Below, one piece after another: positions 35,632-47,745 of a stretch of DNA of 64,000 nucleotides. This stretch comes from a virus. Lineage: Duplodnaviria > Caudoviricetes. How positions within the stretch are numbered: position 1 is the first letter of the stretch; the number at the start of each line of letters is the position of its first letter. The stretch covers positions 1 to 64,000 of the IMG/VR virus record IMGVR_UViG_3300025934_000015, one strand, 5' to 3'. The notes under the pieces were generated by a model. That model was not told where the DNA came from, did no database searches, and worked only from the letters and a program-made list of their open reading frames with translations. The position numbers were made by a program, and so were the translations under genes.

Positions 35632-36338
35632 TGTTTCACTACTACGGCACGAAGCGGCAATTGGCAGCGGCGTATCCGCCCCCGGACTATCCCCTCATCA
35701 TTGAGCCGTTCGCGGGTTCAGCGGCATATGCCGTGCACCATCTCCGGCTGAATCCGTCGCTCCAGGTGTTGCTGTTTGAAAAGAACCCCCGGGTATTCAA
35801 CGTCTGGCACCGATTATTGTCCTTAACACCCGCGGAAGTGTTGGCGCTCCCGCGTCCGGCGGCGGGGGAGTGGACCAGGGACTTCCTCTACATGACCACC
35901 GAGTATAGCAATGCGATTGCGCATTGTACCGGCGTCACCGTGACGCCGAGGATGGAAGCATCGATCCCGCGCATGCTCGAAGATATCGCGTGGACACTCA
36001 CCTTCGTGCGCGGCCGGATTGACGTGGTGCTCGGGGACTACCGGGATGCGCCGGACACCGAGGCCACATGGTACATCGACCCGCCCTATCAGACGAACGA
36101 TAAGGAAGCGCGGACCGCGAAGGGCAACGGCTACGGCGATTACAGTGCCGATAAGTTAGACTTCCCGGCGCTCGGTGCGTGGTGTCAATCACGCCCGGGT
36201 CAGGTGATCGTCGCGGAACAGCTCGGCGCGGATTGGTTGCCGTTCGTGCCCTTGCGGAATATGCGGGATAGTCAGGGGCAGCGGAAACTTGAAGTATGGT
36301 GGACCAATCGTCCGCCGCGGACACTCTTTGATGAATGA
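35631..36338 (+). CDS. DNA adenine methyltransferase (alpha class)
   Basis: FHYYGTK, IEPFAGSA, YIDPPY. Confidence 0.85.
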   Translation: MFHYYGTKRQLAAAYPPPDYPLIIEPFAGSAAYAVHHLRLNPSLQVLLFEKNPRVFNVWHRLLSLTPAEVLALPRPAAGEWTRDFLYMTTEYSNAIAHCTGVTVTPRMEASIPRMLEDIAWTLTFVRGRIDVVLGDYRDAPDTEATWYIDPPYQTNDKEARTAKGNGYGDYSADKLDFPALGAWCQSRPGQVIVAEQLGADWLPFVPLRNMRDSQGQRKLEVWWTNRPPRTLFDE

Positions 36339-39300
36339 AACGTCCTGGTTTGCCATGAATGGCGTGAAGGTGCCCGCCATCAGCGTGATTCCCACCATCA
36401 CGTTTGACATGCACACACAGGCGGAGCGGTGGAGTCTGCAAGTAGACCTTGACAGGGCGGAACTCGGGGAGTACCGTGCGTTAGTTCAAAACTTCGTGGT
36501 GATGGATCTCGTGTTTTTGGACGGGAATTTTCAGGTTCGGCGGGGCCGGGCGGTGCTGGCCTCGGCCTTGGCTATGGGTGGCGGCGTGGTCCGGCTGGCG
36601 TGGCTGGGCCGTGGGAGGCTCCGCTGATGCGCATCTATTACTGTGCTATCTGTCGCCGGTTTTTCCCGGCTGATGTTCTCGAACAAGGTCGTCATCGTAT
36701 CATCGTGATGTACGGTCCTGATATCTTCCATAGCGTGACGCTTGTTGATCCGGAGGCCTGATGCACAGTAAACCGATGGCCGATTCTGACGGGACGTTTG
36801 CGGAGTGGAAGATCCATCCTGAGCGATGCACACGACCCATCGCCTCCGAGTCGACGTCCGGCGTTCAGCGCGAATGTGGGGCCGTGGTGCGCTACCGACT
36901 CTGGGAATCGAGCGATGGTGCGTACGAGGATTATCAGTTGCGCTGTGAGAACGGTCATATGTGGTGGGTGGAGGGCTCAGACGCGTGATCTGTACACGAT
37001 GCAACAAAAATCTCTGGGATTGCCGCTGTCGCACGGATGCGGAGTTGCGCGAGATCACCGACGTCGTAGCAACCAAATGGTGTCGGGGCTGCGATAAACA
37101 CTACTCGCGATGTGTCTGTGCATCGCCGCAGTGGGTGGTCCTGCTCCATGGGGAGTTCTATCCGTTTCCTTTGTCGGAGTCGTGACCATGGCTGAACTGC
37201 ATTTTTCGCGTGATGGCTATTTCAACGGGCCATCCCTCTGTCGGGGTGGCGATGCGAAACCCACGTACCCGAGGGATCTGCCGCTGCGGATGCGCGTCGA
37301 AGTGACGTGTCCAGAGTGCATTGAACGGGACAAAGACGAACCACGACCATCACCGTGGGAGACGGTCGATCGTGCCAAGCATTAAAGATCAGATCCACGA
37401 TCTCCATCGTGCGTTTAATGTGGCCATCCGTCGGGTCCATGGCACGCACATGCTTGCGTGTGACGGGGACGACTGCGCGGTCTGCGAGTACGTCCGGGCC
37501 AGGGAGGACGTGAAAGAGGACATGCGCAAAATGATCGGGGACGCGCGCCTCCGGTTTCTGCGGGATGCGCAGGACGTGGTCGGCAGTGACGATCGCCTCC
37601 GTGCGCTGGCGTGGGGCCTGCTGTTCGCGATTGGCGAGGTGTCACCCGAGGATGCGCTCCAAGTCCTCTACCGTGAGAAGTACCGTGAGGTGCCGTCGTG
37701 ATCGTCGTCTACATCGCAGGGCCTTTTCGATCCGTCAATCCGGCGACTGGCAAATCCAATGCGTGGGGCGTGCAGCAAAACGTGATGCGTGCCATGGCAT
37801 TAGCCCTCGAAGTGTGGAAGCGGGGCGCGGTCGCGCTCTGTCCGCACAGCAATACCATGTTTTTTCAGGACGCCGACGGGGTCGAGGATACGGTGTGGCT
37901 CCAGGGAGATTTGGAGCTGTTGAGCCGCTGTGACGCCATGCTCCTCACCGAGAATTGGCAGGCCTCCAGTGGCGCACGGGCCGAAGTGCAGTGGTATGAG
38001 GAGCAGGGCGGTATCATTCTTCCTAATCTTGAGGCGTTAGATGCCTTTCTCGCCGGACGGACATGATCATCTGCCCGGCGTGTCGGGGACGGGCGACGAA
38101 GTTAGTCAATATCAGTTGGGGCACCATCACGTGCCAGCAATGCGGTCATTCGTGGGAGTGTGTGATGCCTGAGCCTGTCGGGACATTGTCCAATGAGCGG
38201 CTGTTGAACATGATTCATCGGTGGGAGCGGGGCCGCTTGTACGCGGTCCAGCACGCCATGACCACGACGGATCCCATCACCATTCCGTGGCCGGAGGGCT
38301 ACGAGGAAGCGGTGATGGAGGCGCAGCGGCGGAAGTTGTGTCTGTAGGCGAGGAGCGACCGCTTGGCATCTGTGGCCGCTGTTACGACGAAGGTGTGGAG
38401 ATCTTTCCGGCCACGTGCGTGGAGAAACCGGAGGCGTTGATCGGGGCACCTATCGGCATGTACCATTGCCCGGATTGTGGTGCCATGGTCTTAGCGGGAC
38501 TGCCGCATCCGGAGGTCTGCCGCCGGTGCCTTGAGGGCCGACGGCCTGGGTGGGATTGTCAATTTGAGGACGGTCGGGATGGACCCGAGATATCAGGCGT
38601 GGATTGACGCGCAGGGCTTGCCGGACTATCCGGTGGGGCTGTGTTATACCGTGTCGACGAAGATGGCGGAGGCCTTTCCGGAGTTGGTCTTGACCCGCGG
38701 CCATGTGACGATGCCGTGTCCGGACCAGGGACTCAAGCGCTGGCCGCACTGGTGGCTGGTCGCGCCCGACGGATCGATTGTGGATCCGACGGCCGCGCAG
38801 TTTCCCGGGGCGACCCCGAAGGACTACGAGGAAGAACCTCCGAACGCCGAAGAACCCACCGGCAAGTGCCTCGAATGTGGGGCGTACACGTACCGTGGTG
38901 ATAGCTTCTGTAGCGTTGTGCATGAACGATCCTACATGGCCTACATCATGGACCCGCGGAGGTACTAACATGGCATCCCGGATGTATATCGAGAAAGTCG
39001 AAGCCTTCTTAGCGGATCTGGCGGGCGATGACAACCTGGGTGATCACGAGTACGTCGAAGTCTTGGACGAACTGATTGATCGGGCCGAGTCCGCACGCAC
39101 AGCCAAGCAACAGGAGATGTCGAAGGACGACACCGAGGAGGAATGGGGATGGCTAGTACGACGCACATGCTCTACCGCTGTGACCACTGCCAGCATGAGA
39201 GCCTCGTGCGGGCGGAGGCGCATCGTCCTCGCATGTGTCCGCAGACGAATTGCAATGGGACCCAGTCCCCGGTCGTGACGACCGACGATCAACAGCGGTT

Positions 39301-42300
39301 AGGGTGGCGTGCGGGCCCAGGGGCACCGACGCCTCCAGACCCGTCGGATCACGTCTGGCGCTGCTTTCACTGCGACGAGGTGTTTACCGATCATGGCTCG
39401 GCCAGGGAACACTTTGGTGAGTATGTGGACAGTACGCCTGCCTGTAAGCTAGCCGAGTCAGAGGGCGGACTGGTTCAGCGCATCCGAGATCTGGAGCGTG
39501 CGCTTGATGAGGCGCTGGCTGAGGTCTCCTCGTACGAGAATGACGCGCGGCTGTGGCACGATGCGGAAGCGGACCGCGTGCGACGGATTGGTCATGTGCA
39601 GTGGTGGCAGGAGCTGGACTCGAAACAGGGCGAGATTCTCGTACTCCAGGAAGAGGTCGCGCGGCTGAAGGCGGGGAAGTTCACCGCCGACGAAATTCAC
39701 GATATTTGTCATGACCTCCATGGTACGGTAGACGCCCAGGGCTTTGCCGACGGCTGCGCCATTGAACAGCAGCGGCTGTATGGGTGTGCGCCGGATCGGG
39801 ATCGCGTAGCGCGGTTGCGGGGCGTCCTGCAACGGGCCCTGGTATTCATGGACCATGCGCCGGGCTGTGGCACACGGAGGCGCGAGGATCTCCTCTCGCC
39901 GGCGTGCACGTGTGGGCTGATGGAAGTCGCTACGGCTATGGATGCCGAGCGACGGGGGCCACGCGTTCACGAACTCCGCTGTACCGCGTGTGGCGTGTCC
40001 ATCACGCCGGAGGCGTGGACTGGGGCGTGTCCAGGGTGTGGCAATGGCACGATGCGTGAGATGACATCATGAGTGTAGACGAGCGGGATCACTATCGATT
40101 GGCGGTGGCGAGGAAGGCCATTCGGGAGCAGCCAAGTGCGCTCGCAGCCTCTGCCGTGTGGCGCGCGATCCGGGACACGGCACGCGCCCATGCCTTGGCG
40201 GACGGCTTCGTGGACTGGCGCACCCTGGAACCACTGTTTGAACGGGCCTTTGAGGACAGTCCCTCGCCAGAAACGGGACCGAGGCTCTCCCCGTCTGTCC
40301 GGGACTTAGCGGCGGAGATTGCGAAGGCGTTGTGGCCGACACCCGTTCGTCTGTTACGGTCGCAGGCTGAGCGGGACGTCCGCGAGGGGCGGGAACAGTT
40401 GATTGCGCATATTCTGGAACGGGTGTTGTCGTGAGCGTCCTGCGTGATAGCGCGCTCCGGCAACTGGCCCGGTACCATGCGCTGCGGATCCTCGACGATC
40501 TGTCTCCGGCCTCCACCAAGGACTTTGAGACCCTGGTGCAGGCGCTCCTCGCGTTTCACCATGAAGCAGGATCGCGATGGGAGACCGATGCACCGTCGAT
40601 TACGTGTCCACGCTGTCGCAAAACGTCGTATCACATCAATGACGTGCGGCAGCGGTACTGCGGGAACTGTCATGTGTTTCTGCGAGAGGAAGAACTGGGA
40701 TGATCGACAAGCATGCTGTGGGCCTCTATGACAAGTTCAGCGTACGTCGTACGGACGGCAGTGATGCGCCCGGTGGCAAACACGACGGCTGTACCTACTT
40801 CGTGTTAGACGCTACGCACGATCCGCACGCGCTTCCGGCTTTGCGGGCGTATGCGAACTCCTGTCGTTCAGATTATCCATTGTTAGCGAGGGATCTCGAT
40901 GCACTCGCAGATCGGCATGCGCATAAGGAGCCTCGATGAAGAATGACGAGACCGGCTGGATTGAGGCGGATATCACCATCAATGGGCAACCGCTCTCGTT
41001 TGCCGAATCACTCACGTTGCGCGTGGCCATTCAGAGTTTTCTGATGTTTCTGTCATCGGTCCAGGTGCAACAGGATCTGGGCGTCATTAGTGACGGGTAC
41101 AGCCGCGCGTGTCAGAGCATCAACGAGAAGCTGTTTCGGCCCAAGCCCTGACACGCCATGACACGCCCCAAAGTTCGCTGTCCGCGGTGTCTGCGTACGC
41201 TCGCACGTCGCAGCCGGGATCATCAGGATCCGCTGCCGGATCACTTCTGTCCGCATCGCATCTACTGCACTGCGGAATCGCCGTGCGTGGATTGCATCGA
41301 CCTCTCGTGGCAGCACGAGGTGGACCAGGGACAGTTTGATGGAGGGTCCTAGCTATGCTCGTTGCCGTTCTCACCCTCTTCCTGATTATATTCATTGTGC
41401 TCGCGGTTGTGCTCTCCGCCGCACTCCGTGGACTAAGGCTGGCCTATGCGGAGTTGATTGCGGTGCGCAAGGCCATGCAGAGTCTCATCGATGTGCAGGC
41501 CGAGGCTATTAGTGCGCAGCGTGAAGCCATTGCGGCGCAGGACCGGCTGATGGCGGAAATGCGTAAGGTCGCCTGGGAGCAGGGAGTGACGTTGCCATGA
41601 CGCATCTACTAGCGAAGGCTGAGGAGATTGCCGGGAAGTTCGAGGGCAACGGGTGGGATCGGTTGTTACTGGTCAACATGATCCATGTGGCTCTGATGGA
41701 TGCGGTCAAGGATGCCAAAGCGGAGGCCAATGCCTTGGCGTACGACAAGACGTGCCTCCACGAGGATCTCGCGCAGGCGACAGCAGCCCTCAAAGCGTGC
41801 GAAGCCGTGTTCGTGCATGGCGACGGGTTTCCCGAGGAGAATGCCTCCCTCGTTGACTGGGCAGCGGAACGCCAACGGCTCTGGGAGGTCGCCAGGGCGG
41901 AGGTGAAAGCCGTACGCCAGAAGGTGTGCCGTGACTGATCGGGAATGGGTGGCTCGTGCGGGCCTCTTGCTGTTCATCAATGGCCTGGGTGCACTCAGCT
42001 TGGGCTCGCAGTCTGAGTGGGTAGGACTGGAGATGCCACTCCGGATTCGCTATGCCTTGATCCTGTGTGGTGGATTGGGGACCTTGTATGGGATCTATGT
42101 GGTGTATGCGTCGTATGGACCGGGTGTGTCGTGACGAATGAGGAGCGGGATTGGGTGCTGGCCAATAGCGCGTTCGAGAAGATGACGTTGGAGGAACGAC
42201 GGTTGGTGCTCATGATCTTTGCGAGACTTCAGTATCCGAGGGTTGAGGATCGCTTCTTCGAAGCGGTGTATCAGGTGGTGCGAGGGATGCCGTCATGAAG

Positions 42301-42573
42301 ATTCCGTATCCGGATTCCGAGGTAGGGACCATCGTCGCCATCCTATTCTTGATGGTGACTGCCGTGGTGGTCGTGTTTGTGCGCGTCGCGTACACCCTGC
42401 GGCTGCAATCGAAAGTGATCCGCCAGATGCAGAAGACTATGGACGCGCAGGATGATGCCATTCGTGTGTTGCACGAGGCACTGACGGCCGTGGATGCGAA
42501 CCTGTCGCCGGAACAATTGTCCGGAGTCATGCTCCGTGGATTGAAACGGCAGGGATTGTTGGACCGGGACTAA
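36331..42573 (+). other. Run of about 20 small co-oriented hypothetical ORFs, many with CxxC motifs and some with TM helices (e.g. 36761-36988, 38063-38347, 38579-38968, 39143-40072, 40069-40434, 40431-40703, 40700-40939, 41355-41600, 41597-41938, 42295-42573)
   Basis: Chained ATGA/GTGA overlaps and GGAG RBSs. Confidence 0.65.
37698..38066 (+). CDS. Nucleoside 2-deoxyribosyltransferase-like (DUF4406/DUF1937-type) protein
   Basis: VYIAGPF, LCPH, DLELLSRCDAMLL..NWQASSGARAE. Confidence 0.75.
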   Translation: MIVVYIAGPFRSVNPATGKSNAWGVQQNVMRAMALALEVWKRGAVALCPHSNTMFFQDADGVEDTVWLQGDLELLSRCDAMLLTENWQASSGARAEVQWYEEQGGIILPNLEALDAFLAGRT

Positions 42574-42983
42574 TGGGTAGTGCCACCGCTGTCGTCATCA
42601 TCGTTCGGCATGGGTTGTCGGCCGAGCAGCTCCAGGAGCGTGCGAGGTTTGCCGGGTTCGACTTCCTCACGGATACCGGTGACGATAGGGGATTTGATAT
42701 CGTCGGGGTCCACAGGTTCTGTTTTCCGGCGGCGGGCGGCAGCGGCAGCTCTACGTCGTGAGTCCTTCCGAGGATCCTCGGGCAGAGACGGCAGTGACCA
42801 GTACCACTTGTGATCCTCGCCATAGATTGCCCGCACCTTGAGGGCATCTTTCGCACGACGGATCGTGCGCCATGAGATGGGTGTGTAAAACACCGCGGCC
42901 TGTATCTCGTCAATACGGACAGGTTCCTTTCCAAGTAGCATCTTCTTGAGAAACGTTTTGGCATCTGCAAGACGTGATGTCAT
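42570..42983 (-). CDS. Small helical (wHTH-like) protein
   Basis: AKTFLKKML...ISWRTIRRAKDALKV...WYWSLP. Confidence 0.6.
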   Translation of the reverse strand: MTSRLADAKTFLKKMLLGKEPVRIDEIQAAVFYTPISWRTIRRAKDALKVRAIYGEDHKWYWSLPSLPEDPRKDSRRRAAAAARRRKTEPVDPDDIKSPIVTGIREEVEPGKPRTLLELLGRQPMPNDDDDSGGTTH

Positions 42984-42985
42984 AG

Positions 42986-43225
42986 TTATTTTTGCCAGCA
43001 GCGGCGACCCACATCATAGTTGTGAATTGACGTGACCTGCAGGTCACGTCTGGCCTGTTCGACGCGGTGCCATGGAATGTGTTGACGTTGCGCGAGGTGA
43101 CGGATGTGCACGACGGGCACTGGTAATCCCTCCATGAGAAGATCATGAAGGAGGGATTTGGCGCGGTCCAGATCGTCGGCCATGCTGGACCGTTCTATCA
43201 TAGGGACCGGCTGAGTTACAATCAA
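42986..43225 (-). CDS. Small helical protein, apparent paralog of 42570-42983
   Basis: AKSLLHDLL...IPWHRVEQARRDLQV; the real start may be the internal MADDL. Confidence 0.5.
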   Translation of the reverse strand: MIVTQPVPMIERSSMADDLDRAKSLLHDLLMEGLPVPVVHIRHLAQRQHIPWHRVEQARRDLQVTSIHNYDVGRRCWQK

Positions 43226-43804
43226 AATCTACACCATGAGTCAGCTTGCCCTGTGGCCAGATTGGTTGGTCATGCCTGACCACGATCTGTGTCACAAACC
43301 GGACGCAAACGCGCGGACTGTTGGATATCTGGACACGGAACGTAAGCCGTGGGCCGTCAAAACGTGCCGTGTAAGCGCGTAAGCGCCCGTAAGCTGGATC
43401 CCCAGGAGGGTACAGGGTGTACCGAACTGAGGGACAAGCATGGCCAACTTTATTTTAGGATACCGCTGCTAACATGCATAGTTGCTGCCAAGAGTCAACT
43501 GACCATGGTCAGACTGACCAAGGCCCATTAAGTCCCAACTGTCACTTACATCTCTTACGAGACTTACAAGACTAATCAAGTCAAGAGAGTCAAGGGGTTA
43601 GCTGTAACCGTCGGTGTAACCGTCGCGTTCGGCCGTCACTTACACATGCCAACTTTCTGCTATCTGAACCGCAGTTTCCGCTTGACACGCCCGGCGTCCT
43701 CGTGCACTCGCACAGTGTTCGTGCCGGTCTAGCACACTTTTTCTGGTTGGGCCAGCGGAAACCGCTTGACACAGCCGTCATGAACCGCTATCCGTAGTGG
43801 TGCC

Positions 43805-44248
43805 ATGGCTGCGCCGCGCAACCTAGCCGAAGCACTCGGCATCAAGAATCCGCTGGTCGAGGAGGCCAAGGCCAAGGGCAGGCCAGAACCGGACCCGGTG
43901 CCGGTCGGGGAGTTGAACGGTCGCGATCTGGCGCGCTATGTCCTGAACTCCACGCAGTACCGCGAATCTATCCTGCGGCGCATTCTGTTTGACGAGCTGC
44001 CACCTGCCGTCGAAACGAAACTGATGGACTACGCGTGGGGTCGTCCGACCGAGCGCGTCGAGATCAACGACACTCGCTCGAACCTCGAAAACCTGACGAC
44101 CGAAGAACTGGAACAGAAGGCCCTGGTCCTGGCGACCTTGGCCCGGCAACTGCGCAATCGCGACGTCGCACGTATGAATGATGTATCCACTGATCGGCCG
44201 TCTGAAGATGAGGACGACCGGCCCCAGTCTGATCCATCGATTCATTGA
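43805..44248 (+). CDS. Putative terminase small subunit
   Basis: Immediately upstream of terL; LMDYAWGRPTERVEI...LENLTTEEL. Confidence 0.7.
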   Translation: MAAPRNLAEALGIKNPLVEEAKAKGRPEPDPVPVGELNGRDLARYVLNSTQYRESILRRILFDELPPAVETKLMDYAWGRPTERVEINDTRSNLENLTTEELEQKALVLATLARQLRNRDVARMNDVSTDRPSEDEDDRPQSDPSIH

Positions 44249-45879
44249 GTTATAGCGCCAGTTCCTCGCCTCCGGCGACCCTCCATCCTGCTAACGCTCC
44301 CGCAGCCATCACCTATCGACAGGTGGTGGATGAACTCGCGGAGATAGAAGCGGAGTTACAGCGCCGTCGCTGGGCCGAGGATCCCGAGGCCTGGGCGCGT
44401 GAACGACTCGGCGACGAACTCTGGTCCGGTCAAGTCCGCATCCTCCAATCCGTTCAACAGCATCGACGCACCGCGTGTCCCACTTGCCACGAGGTTGGGA
44501 AGTCGTACTCGGCTGGTGTGATCGTCGCATGGTGGTTGGACACGCATAAGCCGGGGGAAGCCTTCGTCGTGACCACCGCGCCGACGGCTCCCCAGGTCGA
44601 AGTCATCCTGTGGAAAGAAATCGGCCGCGCGCACAGCCGTGGGAAACTCGCCGGTCGTGTGAACCAGACCGAATGGAAGATGACGGTCGGGTCACGCACC
44701 GAGACCGTGGCCATGGGCCGCAAGCCGAACGACTATTCTCCGACGGCGTTCCAGGGCATTCACGCCGCGTTTGTCCTCATCATCGTCGACGAGGCCAATG
44801 GTGTGCGCGGTCCGCTATGGAATGCGCTCGACTCGTTGATGGCCAACGACAGCTCGAAGATCCTCGAAATCGGCAACCCTGACGAACCGTCGGGGGAGTT
44901 CTATCAGCACTGTCGCCCTGGCAGCGGCTATCATGTCGTCACGATCAGCGCCTTTGATTCTCCGAACCTGACGGGAGAACCGCTGTCCCAGCGGATCCGC
45001 CGGGAGCTGATTGGCCGCACGTACATCGAGGAGAAACGGAAGAAGTGGGCGCAGAATTGGTACTGGGTGGATGCCGAGGGCAACCCCAGTGACTGGCAAC
45101 ATGGCCTCAAGGTCGTGCCGCCCACCAAGCTGAATGAGGACGGCGACGTCGTCGAAGATACCACGCTGTCGTTGGCCAATCCCTACTGGTACTCCAAAGT
45201 TCTCGGGGAGTTTCCGGAGAACGCGGAAGCGGGTGGGCTCATTCCGCTCTCGTGGATCAAGGCGGCGCAACTGCGGAGCCTCGACGCGACATCGGACCGC
45301 AATGAGTTAGGCGTGGACGTCGGCGGTGGCGGGGATTCGACGGCAGTGTGTCATCGGCGTGGCAAGGTGTACCGCATCAAGCGCACCGACCATGACCCCA
45401 ACACCATGTCGCAGTGCGGCAAGATCATTCAAGACATCCGTGACACGAATGCCGTCGTTGCGAAAGTGGACAAGATCGGTATCGGCTGGGGCATTGTGGA
45501 CCGGGGCAAGGAACTCAATCAGCCGATCGTTGGCATCAATGTCGGAGAAGGCCCCACCGAACCACCGCCCGATAGCGACGATGCATCAGACGATGAGCGC
45601 TTCCTGAACAAGCGCGCCGAGTTGTGGTGGGCGGTGCGGGATACATTTGAATCCGGCAACATCGACATTGAGGATGATACGACGCCCTACGGCGAGGACT
45701 TAGCGGCGGAACTGTGTAGCATCCGCTACGAACGTAAGTCGAACGGTAAGATCAAGATTGCCGACAAGCGCAAGGATGCGCAGGGTCATGTGATTAACAG
45801 TCCAAACCTGGGCGAGTCCCTGATGCTGGCGCACGCGCCGGTGCCGCCGCCGAAGCCCGAGGAGTGGGTGACGTGGTAG
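44245..45879 (+). CDS. terL: Terminase large subunit
   Basis: LWSGQ, CHEVGKS (Walker A), IIVDEA (Walker B), IGNP, nuclease LGVDVGGGGDS. Confidence 0.92.
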   Translation: MSYSASSSPPATLHPANAPAAITYRQVVDELAEIEAELQRRRWAEDPEAWARERLGDELWSGQVRILQSVQQHRRTACPTCHEVGKSYSAGVIVAWWLDTHKPGEAFVVTTAPTAPQVEVILWKEIGRAHSRGKLAGRVNQTEWKMTVGSRTETVAMGRKPNDYSPTAFQGIHAAFVLIIVDEANGVRGPLWNALDSLMANDSSKILEIGNPDEPSGEFYQHCRPGSGYHVVTISAFDSPNLTGEPLSQRIRRELIGRTYIEEKRKKWAQNWYWVDAEGNPSDWQHGLKVVPPTKLNEDGDVVEDTTLSLANPYWYSKVLGEFPENAEAGGLIPLSWIKAAQLRSLDATSDRNELGVDVGGGGDSTAVCHRRGKVYRIKRTDHDPNTMSQCGKIIQDIRDTNAVVAKVDKIGIGWGIVDRGKELNQPIVGINVGEGPTEPPPDSDDASDDERFLNKRAELWWAVRDTFESGNIDIEDDTTPYGEDLAAELCSIRYERKSNGKIKIADKRKDAQGHVINSPNLGESLMLAHAPVPPPKPEEWVTW

Positions 45880-46618
45880 ATGATCCCCATCACTGCGCGG
45901 CGTGTGGACATGCCTGGGCAGGGGTGGCCTCGCCGGTGGAGCTGTGTGGCGATTGCTGGCGCACGGTGCAAGAGGGTAAGGCCTTGCGCGTGTCTGCGCA
46001 GGCCCATCCGGCGATTTGGCTGCCGGATCACTACTATGTGCTGGGCGATCCAGAAGCCTACGCCCGGCGACTGTTTCGACGGGATGGGGAACAGATCATT
46101 CTGGTGGGTGTGATTTTCGACGCGGACGCGGCGCAGCAGATTCTTCGAGCGCTCTCGGGCGGTGAATAGAGTTCAGATCGTCGTGATCTCCCTGGCGGTT
46201 GCCGTGGCGATACTCTGGGGAGTCGTGTTGGCGTACATCATTCTTCATGGCTAAGGTGTTTGTCGTGTATCCCCGGGGGAACGCCCAGCGGTCGCGCGTG
46301 TACGCCTCGCGCACGCGGGCGCGCCGCTATGTGCGACGGCAACTGTGGCCGAACACGTGGGTCATGCACCAGCGGACGATCCGATGAAGCCATTAGCCCT
46401 GGCCGAACCCCACGATGTGCTCTGTGGGCCCTTTGATGTGGACCCCGAGTATTACATCGTGTTGTCGAACGTCGAGCGGTTCTATTGGAACCGTCCGCCG
46501 ATTCCGGCCGCAATCGCCAAGGACTTTGTGGACGTGCTCGTCGGCACAATCTTGACTGTCGAATGGCGCTGCTCGACGATGGCGCGCCTGCCGTCACTCG
46601 TGATTACAGGGACGCACG

Positions 46619-47548
46619 ATGCAACCCGTCGTTGACCTGATCATCTATCACGCCGGATGTCCGGACGGCTTTTGCGCCGCGGTGGTCGCGCATCGTCGCT
46701 GGCCGCAGGCCTCGCTGATGCCCATGACGCATGGACAGGCCGTCAACTTTGCGCAGTTGGCCGGGAAGCATCTACTTGTGGTCGACTTTTCGTGGAAGCG
46801 GCCACTCTGTGAAGAGATCTTTCATGCGTCGGCGTCCATGCGCATCCTCGATCACCACAAAACCGCCGAGCAAGAACTGGCGGGCCTCGACTACGTCACC
46901 TTCGACATGGCGCGAAGTGGGGCCACCCTTGCCTGGGATCTCCTCATTGGCGGGTCACGCCCGTGGTGGGTCAGCTACGTCGAGGACCGGGACCTCGCGC
47001 GCTACGCCTTGCCGGACTCGAAAGCCGTGTCCGCCTACATCATGAGTCTGCCGCAGACGCTGGAGGCGTGGGCAAGGCTGCAAGCCCTGTCCCTGGACTA
47101 CGTCAAGTCCATGGGCGCGGCCATTCGTCTGCACGTCGAACACTACGTCGACGAGGTTTGCGCCGAACGGCGGATCGGCATGCTCGCTGGACACCGGACC
47201 GCGATCGTCAATGCGCCCTTCCAGAATATTGGCGACATCTGCATGGCCTTGACCCAGTACGCGGACATTGGCTGCGGCTGGTTTGAACGCGCGGACAGTC
47301 AGGTGCAATTCAGTCTGCGCTCGACGGGTGATGTGGACGTCAGTGCGATTGCGCAACTCTACGGAGGCGGCGGACATAAAAATGCGGCCGGCTTCCAGTT
47401 GCCCTACCGTCAAGGCTACGCGGTCGTGCACCACATGCTCGGGCGGCTCAGTGACTTCGACCGAAACGCGCTCCACATTGACCGCATCGTGAACCGTGAG
47501 CGTCCGGTGCCCTCCGGCGTGCAGGAATTGCTGGAGTATCAACCATGA
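46619..47548 (+). CDS. DHH/DHHA1 phosphoesterase
   Basis: YHAGCPDG, VVDFS, LDHHK, EDRD, SLRS, GGGHKNAAG. Confidence 0.9.
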   Translation: MQPVVDLIIYHAGCPDGFCAAVVAHRRWPQASLMPMTHGQAVNFAQLAGKHLLVVDFSWKRPLCEEIFHASASMRILDHHKTAEQELAGLDYVTFDMARSGATLAWDLLIGGSRPWWVSYVEDRDLARYALPDSKAVSAYIMSLPQTLEAWARLQALSLDYVKSMGAAIRLHVEHYVDEVCAERRIGMLAGHRTAIVNAPFQNIGDICMALTQYADIGCGWFERADSQVQFSLRSTGDVDVSAIAQLYGGGGHKNAAGFQLPYRQGYAVVHHMLGRLSDFDRNALHIDRIVNRERPVPSGVQELLEYQP

Positions 47549-47745
47549 TCATCGTTCCCACGAGTACCGACTTGTGCCGGGCCCTGGAGGCGGAAGGCTT
47601 TCCGCTGCCGGACGAATGCGCGGACGTTTCCCTGCGCATGCCCGCCGACGGGGTCTTTCAACTGGTCTACACCGTGAACGTGAGCGGGACACGGCTTCAG
47701 CAACTCGGTCGCGCCCTGGAGCGCGTCGGCAAGACTCATGAGTAA
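47545..47745 (+). CDS. Hypothetical protein
   Basis: Overlaps both neighbours. Confidence 0.5.
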   Translation: MIIVPTSTDLCRALEAEGFPLPDECADVSLRMPADGVFQLVYTVNVSGTRLQQLGRALERVGKTHE

